The notes: generated by a model from the sequence alone, not told the origin. DNA of 27,490 nt from Candidatus Thorarchaeota archaeon (GCA_016933575.1 JAFGAR010000035.1:1-27490), one strand, 5' to 3'; positions 16,856-25,366 are shown, numbered from the stretch's first letter. Translations and numbers: made by a program.

Positions 16856-18865
16856 CTATACCTTCCAATCGAGTATTATATCAAAAACTCTGAGATTAGA
16901 GCCATGATAAACATAGGTTGATGCTCTTGCAAACTGAATACCAATGTACTTCACTACACGATTAGGATTGATCGTACTTGAGTCATGTGTAAGTACAGTT
17001 CCACTTCCTAATTGACTCTTCACTGTATTACTTCCTGAATCAAACCAGAATTTCCAGTCCACTCTCCAAGAACCGGTTTTCGTGGCAACCAGTGTCTGAT
17101 CGATTACACCGTTCTCAAATTGATATTCGATGTAGCCTTTTGATGAGGAACTATACCATGAATCATAGAGACAGAAGACTTCAATGAGGTCATAATTATC
17201 ATCATAGAGAGTCACTATCAAATCACCCATTTTATTCAGAGAGCTGACCAACTGCAAGTCAGCCTTGAAGAGTACGATATCCTTGAGCTTGGGACCCATG
17301 GTAATTGTGTAGTAAAATGCGGGTCCATGTTTCCAAGCTGTTGACGAAGCAATATCATCACAGTAGAAGTACTCATTGCCCCAGTAGCTGCCTACCTTCA
17401 ATGTACCAGTCGAATCAAGAGTCCTGTATGTTTCAAAAACTCCAGTTGCGTCAAACCAACTATCTGTTGTATCACATGGTAAGTGCACATAGAAGTAGTC
17501 ATTTGGCCCATCATACTTGTAGTGATACCGCATATCTGCTGTGTACCATTGAATTCTACCATTTGTTGTTGTCCCATCAACATCACCATAGGTTGTCCGG
17601 GAATCATCAAAACCTGCATAGATGTAAATCAATTCTAGTTCTTCATCTTCAGCTCGATCATACCATTCCCAAGTAGGATCCGAAAGAATCCATGTCCATG
17701 AACCATCCTTAGGAGCCCATATCTCTAGTAAAGCATGTGCAAAAGTGGGGCTGTAGACGACTAGATATCTTACAGGAATACCCATTGCTCGGTACATACT
17801 TGTAGCAAGCACTGCATATTCATCACAAACTCCACGGTAGTTACTTGTAGCCATGATGTATGTATCGGAAAATACTGCTGAAACTGCATATTGATAGTCT
17901 GCATCATAGGTCATGCGATCGTGGACTTCACTATTCAATTCCTGACCAATTGAGTATACTGAAGATGCAGAACTAGTAGTTTTGTCTAGCCAAGAGGCTG
18001 CAGAATAACGTACACTCCAAGATTCTGGATGGAATATCTTGTAAGAGGATGACCAACTGAATCCATCATTTGAGCATCCTTCCCAGATATAATTGGGATT
18101 TCCAGTTGCTGTTGACATGGGATCTGATGGTGGTGTAGGCAGGCTTCCGAATATCTGGACAAATTCATTTCCATATTGATGGTAGTATGTTATTCCGCCT
18201 GATATCTCAGCAACCCCTGTTTTGAGACCTACAGAGGTATTGGGAACATACGTTCCGAGAGATACTGTCCTTGTAGTAAACGCATTTACTACTGCAGAGC
18301 TACTAACATACCATTCTTGACTTGTCCCTTCTTTTCCTCTAAAAGTACATGTTACGGTAATGGAATAATCATACATATTATGCAACTCAAAGCTCACTGT
18401 TGCCAGCTTGCCAATAGACCATACGCTAGGAACAGCGACTACACCATATGCATATCCACCACCAGGATCGCCTGGGTCCAATTCATAATCAAATCTGTTT
18501 CGATAACTGTTGTCCAGATCGCCAAATAATGGATATGATTCAACTTCACTATACTCTCCATTAAGTTCAATACTGTGTTCTTGCAAAATTTCATCGGGAA
18601 GACTAGTTCTAACAATACATTCCCCGGATTCAGGGTAATCGAATATTTTCGGAACCATTATGTCTTCAGATTTCTCAGCTGGTCGATATCCTATACGAGG
18701 ATCGTATGGGGGTATTGAACTTCTCATGTCTTCAGATGCGTGCTGGTCCAGAATCGACTCGATCATTGGACTCCCCACCTGAATCGTTGAAGAGCTGAAT
18801 AAGAATAGAAGGACAATGCCTAGAGCAAAAAACTTCAAGTTTCTATTTATCTTTGGAATTCTCAT
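16856..18865 (-). CDS. Secreted transglutaminase-like (Cys-His-Asp) domain protein with flanking beta-rich domains
   Basis: Basic + hydrophobic signal peptide. Catalytic core GVCDEYAVLATSMYRAMGIPVRY, HALLEIW, WILSDPTW. S/T/Y/W-rich extracellular composition. Confidence 0.88.
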   Translation of the reverse strand: MRIPKINRNLKFFALGIVLLFLFSSSTIQVGSPMIESILDQHASEDMRSSIPPYDPRIGYRPAEKSEDIMVPKIFDYPESGECIVRTSLPDEILQEHSIELNGEYSEVESYPLFGDLDNSYRNRFDYELDPGDPGGGYAYGVVAVPSVWSIGKLATVSFELHNMYDYSITVTCTFRGKEGTSQEWYVSSSAVVNAFTTRTVSLGTYVPNTSVGLKTGVAEISGGITYYHQYGNEFVQIFGSLPTPPSDPMSTATGNPNYIWEGCSNDGFSWSSSYKIFHPESWSVRYSAASWLDKTTSSASSVYSIGQELNSEVHDRMTYDADYQYAVSAVFSDTYIMATSNYRGVCDEYAVLATSMYRAMGIPVRYLVVYSPTFAHALLEIWAPKDGSWTWILSDPTWEWYDRAEDEELELIYIYAGFDDSRTTYGDVDGTTTNGRIQWYTADMRYHYKYDGPNDYFYVHLPCDTTDSWFDATGVFETYRTLDSTGTLKVGSYWGNEYFYCDDIASSTAWKHGPAFYYTITMGPKLKDIVLFKADLQLVSSLNKMGDLIVTLYDDNYDLIEVFCLYDSWYSSSSKGYIEYQFENGVIDQTLVATKTGSWRVDWKFWFDSGSNTVKSQLGSGTVLTHDSSTINPNRVVKYIGIQFARASTYVYHGSNLRVFDIILDWKV

Positions 18866-18884
18866 TTCAAACCACTTCTCGAAC

Positions 18885-18957
18885 TACGATTTCGTACGAT
18901 AAATCGTACACTTACCAACACTCGTGTAATCTTATAACTTTATGCATAAAATTATAA
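18885..18957. promoter_or_regulatory. Palindromic operator-like site and symmetric double TATA element between divergent surface-protein genes
   Basis: TACGATTT-N8-AAATCGTA at 18885-18908, and TTATAA-C-TTTATGCATAAA-A-TTATAA at 18932-18957 (26-bp palindrome with one mismatched pair). Confidence 0.55.
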
Positions 18958-19112
18958 AATATATTCTAGGTGCCAAAGGAAAAAGCGGTTCATCTTTTGT
19001 TAAGGATTCTCAAACCTCGAAGCGTTTACAATATGATTGATAAAGAAGTGTGGCTAGTAATACTGAATATTTCCATTATATAATAGAGCAGAAATTCCAG
19101 AGATTAAAATAG

Positions 19113-19922
19113 ATGTCACAGTACAGTAATAGAAGTGTGGTTATGATTGGTTTGATTATTTTTTTCTTCATATTCACATTGACACAAATTCCTATCGCTA
19201 AAGCTAGTGTGAGCTGGATGGATGATTTCAACGATGAATCATTGGATGATTGGATTGTGACAAGAGGCGTATTTTCAGCTGAGAAACAGACTCTCTGGGC
19301 TTATGGTTCAGAAAGCAGAATTTCGAATCGAGCATACCACATCTGTAATATCACAGCAGGTAAATGGAGATTCGATATTCTTGTACGACATGAATGGCTA
19401 TGGGACTATCATCCTCCATCAATTAGATTCATGGTAAGTAGTCTTAACGATTTAGATTGGCAGGGATATGTGGTTGATTTCTATACTATCTATCGTTCCA
19501 CAGGTGACGTTTTTGCAGTCTACTTAAGAAAACATACTACAACTTGGGCATATATTTCGCATTACGAATTTGATAGACCATCTAGCGGATGGCAAGATGT
19601 GGAGATCATAAGAGAATCAAATGGACACATAAAGATCCTACTGAATAGTACAGAGATAATTGATGCCATCGATACTTCAATCAATGAATCGAAGTATTTT
19701 GCGTTTGATACAGAGGATTGTGTCCAGACAGTCTTTGATCCAGCAACTCATACTGATTCATTCGTGCGAGCAAAAGAAAGTCCTATGCTAGATAACATCA
19801 TAGTTTATGAGACCCCTGGGACAACTGCATTAATTCGGAGTATGATATTAATCATAACCTGTGCTACAGCAGGAATAATCACTATCCTCTATTGTCGTGA
19901 TGAGTTATCACAAAGACGATGA
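19113..19922 (+). CDS. Exported, C-terminally membrane-anchored beta-sandwich (lectin/ConA-like) surface protein
   Basis: Signal peptide ending AKA, then WMDDFND..LDDW, GWQDVEIIRESNGHIKILLN, LDNIIV and a C-terminal TM helix. The fold is an inference. Confidence 0.7.
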   Translation: MSQYSNRSVVMIGLIIFFFIFTLTQIPIAKASVSWMDDFNDESLDDWIVTRGVFSAEKQTLWAYGSESRISNRAYHICNITAGKWRFDILVRHEWLWDYHPPSIRFMVSSLNDLDWQGYVVDFYTIYRSTGDVFAVYLRKHTTTWAYISHYEFDRPSSGWQDVEIIRESNGHIKILLNSTEIIDAIDTSINESKYFAFDTEDCVQTVFDPATHTDSFVRAKESPMLDNIIVYETPGTTALIRSMILIITCATAGIITILYCRDELSQRR

Positions 19923-19927
19923 AATTC

Positions 19928-21196
19928 TCAAGGATAAAGAATCTCTTGAGATTTCTCAAAACTACGAATATAGCGCATTATTCCTAGGAGCGCAACTGAA
20001 CTAAGAAGCATGATTATACCAGCTATCATCCAAACGACACGCAGACTATCTGTAACTTCCCATACTAAAGCACCAAAAAGCTGTGCAAAGATCCCAATGA
20101 TACCCATCAATAAATCATAAGTTCCTAAAGCCCGACCTTTTGTTTCCTCAGAAACAACAAGAACGATAATGCTTCGTTCAGCCCCAATCCAGAGTACAAA
20201 TGGAATTGCCCAGAAGAAGTTGATAAGATACATCATCAAAGCCCCACTTCCCAAGGCAAACCATACAAAGATGATTGCATTGCCAATGACACCAACAAAA
20301 AGTGTTGCTTTGAGATTTCTATCAGCAAGAATGCTAGCAGGATACATAATAATTGCGCTGGTGATAGAAAAAAGACTCCATGTTAGACCATATGTAGTTG
20401 TGTCAACATTCCATGGTCCAACACACAGATTTCCAAGATACTGGATTGACATACTCCAGGCAAATGAAAAACCAATCATTCCTAATGCAAGAAACCAGAA
20501 TTCACGTCCAAGATTCCGGATCGATATTTTTGGTCCAGCCCGCGCCTTAGCCCGAACTTCAGTACCTAATGACTCCTTTATCAAAACAACTGCTGCGAGA
20601 AAAGTGACAATAGATGCAATTGCAGCAAATCTATGGAGGTCCCCTGATTGATATCCAGAACTGAGGAGAATGGATCCTATAAGCGGTCCTAGCGCATCAA
20701 CGAACCATAATGGCATCATTACCATCATGAGTTTCCTTGCTGGATTTCGTCTATCATTAGCAATTTCATCAGCAGGTATTGCCCGAGCCATAAGTCGGGC
20801 AGTACTCATTCCAAACCAGACTAGACCATATTGAATCGCAACGAATGGCCAAATTGGAATATATGATAACGTGACCAGACCAACAGTGACAGGCAAAAAT
20901 CCGAGTGCAATTGTCCATCTGCGTCCGATGAAGTCAGCAATATATCCTGAGGATATACTTGCAATAAGACCCAAAAATGTAGCAAGCGAAAATACAACAC
21001 CCATCTGCCATGGCTCAAGAAAGCTCTCAAGGAAAATACTGAATTCCCATTTCCATAGTGAAACTGAGAGTTGTGATATCCCCATAACAGCAGCGAGCCG
21101 CCAGAGATTCTTACTTAGACCTAATCGCCCTTGATAGAGTTGGGGAACTCTCTGGATTGAGTCCTTAGAGTCTATGATATTGGTCTTGTCAATCAT
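19928..21196 (-). CDS. Major facilitator superfamily transporter
   Basis: About 12 TM segments, MFS motif A GYIADFIGRR, and KGRALG near the C-terminus. Confidence 0.92.
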   Translation of the reverse strand: MIDKTNIIDSKDSIQRVPQLYQGRLGLSKNLWRLAAVMGISQLSVSLWKWEFSIFLESFLEPWQMGVVFSLATFLGLIASISSGYIADFIGRRWTIALGFLPVTVGLVTLSYIPIWPFVAIQYGLVWFGMSTARLMARAIPADEIANDRRNPARKLMMVMMPLWFVDALGPLIGSILLSSGYQSGDLHRFAAIASIVTFLAAVVLIKESLGTEVRAKARAGPKISIRNLGREFWFLALGMIGFSFAWSMSIQYLGNLCVGPWNVDTTTYGLTWSLFSITSAIIMYPASILADRNLKATLFVGVIGNAIIFVWFALGSGALMMYLINFFWAIPFVLWIGAERSIIVLVVSEETKGRALGTYDLLMGIIGIFAQLFGALVWEVTDSLRVVWMIAGIIMLLSSVALLGIMRYIRSFEKSQEILYP

Positions 21197-21356
21197 GTAA
21201 ACAGCTCAACCTTCAAAAGCCACAACAGGCCATCTTAAGTCAATGTCGATGTGGGCCAGTGAAATACATCAATTTTTCTTTTGGTAAAGAGATAAGAATA
21301 AACATAGAATTGTTTTCTGATACCAATACGCATCGACAACCAATGGATGAAGAACC

Positions 21357-22100
21357 TTGACAGAGCCATTGACTCAAGACATCTTTACTAGATTGACATC
21401 AATCAAATCGGCGAATGTTATCCAACGATATGGTTTTGATGAATTTTTAGCCATAGCTAGAGAGGTCCGTGGGCGAGTCGGTGATGATGTCTGGTTAGAA
21501 GTAGGCTGGGAAATATTAGACGGCATTGGTTTAGAAGAATTTTACGGCTGCGATTATGATATTCTCACAGCCTTGGAACATATTCCATCAGATTCAGATC
21601 TTGAAGATATCCAGACATTCCTTAGGCACTCTTTGGTTGAAACGCTTCTAGAGCAATTTGATAACGAGGGAACAACTATCCTTTTAGATATAGCAAAGAT
21701 GGTCGGAACGCCGGCTGCTGCACTTATTCCAAAGATTATAGAATTAAGGAAGAAGGAGGTTCAAGATACAATAATCCCAATTATGGGCAAGGAAATCATC
21801 ATTTACGATATCTTCATGAATGAAGTTAATCGTACTTCAATACCTGAGAAAGCAGTCTGGCTTGAGCCGCTCTGGATGACTGCATATGGTTATCAAACGC
21901 TTTATTCTATGAACTTTGGATTATATACTAATCTCAAGGAATTGGATAGAATTGCTAACGTAATGAGAAAACTCGACGTGAGTTTCAGAACACTGTGGAA
22001 TCCAACTAGCGAAAAGAAACCACAGACTCAAACATCTGAAGCTTTACGTTCGATCATTTTGAAACGGGCAATCAATGGCCACAAACAGAAGAAAAGGTAA
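21357..22100 (+). CDS. Hypothetical soluble protein
   Basis: 247-aa ORF with protein-like composition filling the intergenic gap; no family recognised. Confidence 0.7.
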   Translation: MTEPLTQDIFTRLTSIKSANVIQRYGFDEFLAIAREVRGRVGDDVWLEVGWEILDGIGLEEFYGCDYDILTALEHIPSDSDLEDIQTFLRHSLVETLLEQFDNEGTTILLDIAKMVGTPAAALIPKIIELRKKEVQDTIIPIMGKEIIIYDIFMNEVNRTSIPEKAVWLEPLWMTAYGYQTLYSMNFGLYTNLKELDRIANVMRKLDVSFRTLWNPTSEKKPQTQTSEALRSIILKRAINGHKQKKR

Positions 22101-22115
22101 GGAATTGGATGAATT

Positions 22116-22433
22116 TTAGTCTAGATCGCTTTCCTTGTCAATTGATTCTTCATCATCTTCAATGTTGTATGTTCCCAGATAGAATTCCAAAATTTTCCCT
22201 TCACTTGCAGCTTTTTGAGCTAGACGGGTTTGCTCAGTAATTTGTTCTTGATTTAGAGTCCTAAAGCATTCTCCGCGGTAGATCTCCTTCACATGCCATT
22301 TGTCATACATAAACATCTATGGAGTACTTCCACCATACGGGCATTGGTGGTCTATTTCTTCATTCATTGCTGCCAGAAATTAAATGAACTTTTCAATAGA
22401 TATAACATACTTGTCTATGGATGATAATGACAT
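22116..22433 (-). pseudogene. Probable decayed small gene (possible former zinc-ribbon protein) with two in-frame stops
   Basis: From ATG 22433 (preceded by GTGAT): MSLSSIDKYVISIEKFI*FLAAMNEEIDHQCPYGGSTP*MFMYDKWHVKEIYRGECF..., in frame with the tracked 66-aa ORF. TAA at 22382-22380 and TAG at 22319-22317. Confidence 0.5.
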
Positions 22434-22502
22434 ATATCACAATCGAAGCTCTTGCCGCTGAATGGTACAGTAATTGCCGCTGCTTCTTTTATTGATGATA
22501 CT

Positions 22503-23414
22503 CTATGGCCAGAGGTCATTATCAGCGAGAAGTTCAACCAGTTTTGTTTCAGTTAATGGATGAACTATCTTTGCTGAGTAGTAGATCATTGGGATCACTG
22601 ATTGCACACCATCAAATGCATGAATTGATTTTGTGATGTTCTCCATGTCAAAAAGGTGAGGTACCATAAAAACACTGAACATTACTGGTTCTATCGCAGA
22701 AACATGGGAATAGAAATATTCTAAATCATACTTCTTTTGTATGAAATCATCAATTTCATCAGAAGTAATCAGAGTCGGATCGTATTCAATACGAGAGATG
22801 AAAGCCATACTATCTCCAGCATTTGGATTCCAATGAAATCCAAATTCAAATGCATCACTCTCAACAAGTTCTTCTACAATTCTTCGAACTCTGCGGACAG
22901 TTAGACCTGAACTCTCAGCTAAATGACTAAGATTCATTCTAGGGTCAATGAAAAGCCATTTCAAGATACAGAGATGTAATTTGGTCAATTCGATTTTTTT
23001 GCCGGGATGCATTGTAGTCGGATGGACTTTTACTTCTTGAATGCCAACAATCTGACGAAGGAATGAGTTAAGTTCTAGTAGGCCCTTAGCTCCCTCAAAG
23101 AACGCATGTAGGGCAAAATCACCAGTAGTCAAGGGCAGAATTACAAAGACATTTGGGTTTTTGCTAATGCTCTTTGTGAGCTCTTCTGTAGAATGTGTCT
23201 GGTCAGTTTTCAGTTCAACAAAGGAATACTGAACATCAATCATTACAGGTTTTAGTACTAGGGACCATTTTACAATGATTCCTGTTTCAATTAATTTGTC
23301 AACCCGTTTCTTTACAGCGTTAGCACTGATATTCAGTTTATTACCTAAGTACTGATATGATAGTCTACAGTTATTGTAGAGCTCTCGCCATAGAGCTTTG
23401 TCAATCGCATCCAA
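22503..23414 (-). CDS. Tandem (double wHTH-RAM) Lrp/AsnC family transcriptional regulator
   Basis: HTH1 MDAIDKALWRELYNNCRLSYQYLGNKLNISANAVKKRVDKL and HTH2 ILKWLFIDPRMNLSHLAESSGLTVRRVRRIVEEL, each followed by a beta-alpha-beta domain. Confidence 0.88.
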   Translation of the reverse strand: MDAIDKALWRELYNNCRLSYQYLGNKLNISANAVKKRVDKLIETGIIVKWSLVLKPVMIDVQYSFVELKTDQTHSTEELTKSISKNPNVFVILPLTTGDFALHAFFEGAKGLLELNSFLRQIVGIQEVKVHPTTMHPGKKIELTKLHLCILKWLFIDPRMNLSHLAESSGLTVRRVRRIVEELVESDAFEFGFHWNPNAGDSMAFISRIEYDPTLITSDEIDDFIQKKYDLEYFYSHVSAIEPVMFSVFMVPHLFDMENITKSIHAFDGVQSVIPMIYYSAKIVHPLTETKLVELLADNDLWP

Positions 23415-23446
23415 TTATATCAACAGCAGTAGTTCGTTTAGATGAC

Positions 23447-23496
23447 AAAGGCAATTATTACTGACTAATAAATCCTAAAGGCAAGCACTTTGCTTG
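23447..23496. promoter_or_regulatory. Candidate Lrp-type operator region
   Basis: 15-bp palindrome CAAGCA-CTT-TGCTTG at 23482-23496 and AAAGGCAA direct repeats at 23447 and 23477, in the divergent promoter of the Lrp gene. Confidence 0.4.
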
Positions 23497-23563
23497 AAAC
23501 TAATATGCTTTCAACCAACAATCTTAACTATGGCTGTATTGGATATAAGAAGGGGGAGAATGA

Positions 23564-24685
23564 TTGAAAGAGAGAAAAAAATGGTTAGTCCTAGTTATCA
23601 AAACCTTGCTACTGCTGCTCATTCCATATAATCTTATCAATAGCTCCACTAGAACATCTTCAACTTCTGCAATAATTGGAACATGGGGGCAGTGGCCAGT
23701 AGTGATTATGGATCCAGGTTCTTTGGATCAATTTTGGATAACAAATCAATTTCTAATCTCTTTGGCTTTTATTCTTCCATTGGTATTATTCTCTGTTATT
23801 TTTCAAGAAAGAGATGTTGACAAGATTTATGCAGGCTCAGCAATATTTGCTGCATCAATATCATTCACTTTAACACTCATTGTTCCGTTCCAAATTGGGA
23901 TATTGCCAGGAATTATGATGGTATATCCTTTCAATGTCATCCCTAGTGTGGTTACATTAGCCATATTCATATTCATTTTCTGGCCACTTCTTCAGAAATC
24001 TTGGCCAACATTCAGAAGCAATTTGGTAAAAGTTGATACGAAGAACTTCAAAACAAAAGTTGAATATGAGTTTCGACGAATAGTACCAAATAATCTTGCT
24101 ACTGCAATATGGATTGCATTATTTTTTGTCCCAACAGTACTTTCACTTACCAACTTGCTCTTTTCTGAAGAAGAAGTTAGGTATTCTATCTCGTTATTTG
24201 GGAGCATATTTGGAATCTACCACGAGTACATACTAATCGACTTTCCAGGTGGAGGATATTATCCAGTCATATACTCGACCACTATCCTTGCTGTTGCATA
24301 TCAAATAGCAATTGTTGCCATAATATTATCTTCCGTGAATCTCTGGCTTGGAATCACTGCAATGAGATATATTCAAGGAAAATCGACCAAGAAACGTATC
24401 TATATTCTTGTTATAGTATCAATTCTTCTCAGTGGACTGCCTGTTACGCTCATCGGTATTTTATCATTATTATTTGGTGGATGGCTAGGGCCGCTTTCTA
24501 TTCCGATACCAGTGTATCAAATTTTCATTCTTCTAATAGCAAAACATGTCAAGGCTCCAAGTCCTGATAGCGAATCATCTGAAGTTATGATTAAAGTACC
24601 ATTAAGAACACGATTGTCCATGTTGTTGCATAAAAAGCCAACAATTGAAGAAGATGATATAGGACAGGAAGATATGAGTGAATAA
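23564..24685 (+). CDS. Uncharacterised polytopic membrane protein (paralog of 9824..11035)
   Basis: About 8 hydrophobic segments, SD GGGGGAG upstream, and ordered motifs shared with the 9824 ORF. Confidence 0.78.
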   Translation: MKERKKWLVLVIKTLLLLLIPYNLINSSTRTSSTSAIIGTWGQWPVVIMDPGSLDQFWITNQFLISLAFILPLVLFSVIFQERDVDKIYAGSAIFAASISFTLTLIVPFQIGILPGIMMVYPFNVIPSVVTLAIFIFIFWPLLQKSWPTFRSNLVKVDTKNFKTKVEYEFRRIVPNNLATAIWIALFFVPTVLSLTNLLFSEEEVRYSISLFGSIFGIYHEYILIDFPGGGYYPVIYSTTILAVAYQIAIVAIILSSVNLWLGITAMRYIQGKSTKKRIYILVIVSILLSGLPVTLIGILSLLFGGWLGPLSIPIPVYQIFILLIAKHVKAPSPDSESSEVMIKVPLRTRLSMLLHKKPTIEEDDIGQEDMSE

Positions 24686-24745
24686 ATATCAACTACAAAA
24701 CCAAAAGGGTTGGTACCACCACATATGGACAATATTGGATAGAAA

Positions 24746-24776
24746 TATGACAGGGAGCCATAAGACTCCCGTCACA
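24746..24776 (-). terminator. 3' hairpin downstream of ssb
   Basis: Minus strand TGTGAC-GGGAGTC-TTAT-GGCTCCC-T-GTCATA followed by TTTCT. Confidence 0.6.
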
Positions 24777-24811
24777 ATTTACGAAATACTAGTTAAGACA
24801 ATAATGAAAGT

Positions 24812-25366
24812 CTAATATCGACGACCTCGATCATCTCCATCACGGCGATCTCGTCCACCGTAGCCGCCACCGCCGCCACGACGGTCTCTACCGCCATAGC
24901 CGCCGCCACCACCACCGCCGCCACCGTAGCCTCCGCCGCTACGACCGCCATAGCCGCCGCCTCGACCATAGGATCTGCGGGGGCGAGTGTCTTCATGTTC
25001 CTCCGCACTCATGTCATTCTCCATATTGACCTCTTCGATGGCCACTTCAGCCTCAGAGAGTTCACCATATTTTCCAACATTGAGTCGAAGATTTCCTTTG
25101 AACAAACCGGTATACCCATTCTTAAGGACATATGTGGAACCTACGGCAATTTTGTCAATCGCCTCATCCCAGAGTGGAACCTGCACTGTTCCTGTTGAAT
25201 CACCTACTGTGATATCTGCAACACGGTGAGTTGTGCCATCATTTCTAGATGTGACTTCACGCTCCTCACCAGCCTCTACCACCTTGAATGTGATGGTGAT
25301 ACTCTTCATCCGTGGCTTTAGCTCGGCCACAGTGGCTTCAATGGGTTCTCTTTCTGCGTAACTCAT
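24812..25366 (-). CDS. ssb: Single-OB-fold single-stranded DNA-binding protein (crenarchaeal SSB-like) with a Gly/Arg/Tyr-rich RGG tail
   Basis: VAELKP, VADITVGDSTG, PLWD, KNGYTGLFKGNLRLNVGKYG, then the tail RSYGRGGGYGGRSGGGYGGGGGGGGGYGGRDRRGGGGGYGGRDRRDGDDRGRRY. ATG 25366; TTG 25372 is also in frame. Confidence 0.9.
   Translation of the reverse strand: MSYAEREPIEATVAELKPRMKSITITFKVVEAGEEREVTSRNDGTTHRVADITVGDSTGTVQVPLWDEAIDKIAVGSTYVLKNGYTGLFKGNLRLNVGKYGELSEAEVAIEEVNMENDMSAEEHEDTRPRRSYGRGGGYGGRSGGGYGGGGGGGGGYGGRDRRGGGGGYGGRDRRDGDDRGRRY
24854..24895. repeat. 42-nt exact direct repeat, copy 1 (copy 2 at 27380-27421)
   Basis: TCCACCGTAGCCGCCACCGCCGCCACGACGGTCTCTACCGCC is present identically at both positions. 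Confidence 0.9.

Noticed and set aside
24840-24970. GC-rich CCG/CCA repeats as a CRISPR array or non-coding tandem repeat
   Set aside because: There is no repeat-spacer periodicity, and poly-Gly/Arg/Tyr coding on the minus strand explains them fully.
24793-25008. Ala/Val-rich 71-aa ORF over the ssb tail
   Set aside because: It is an alternative-frame reading of the GGC/GGT glycine repeats.
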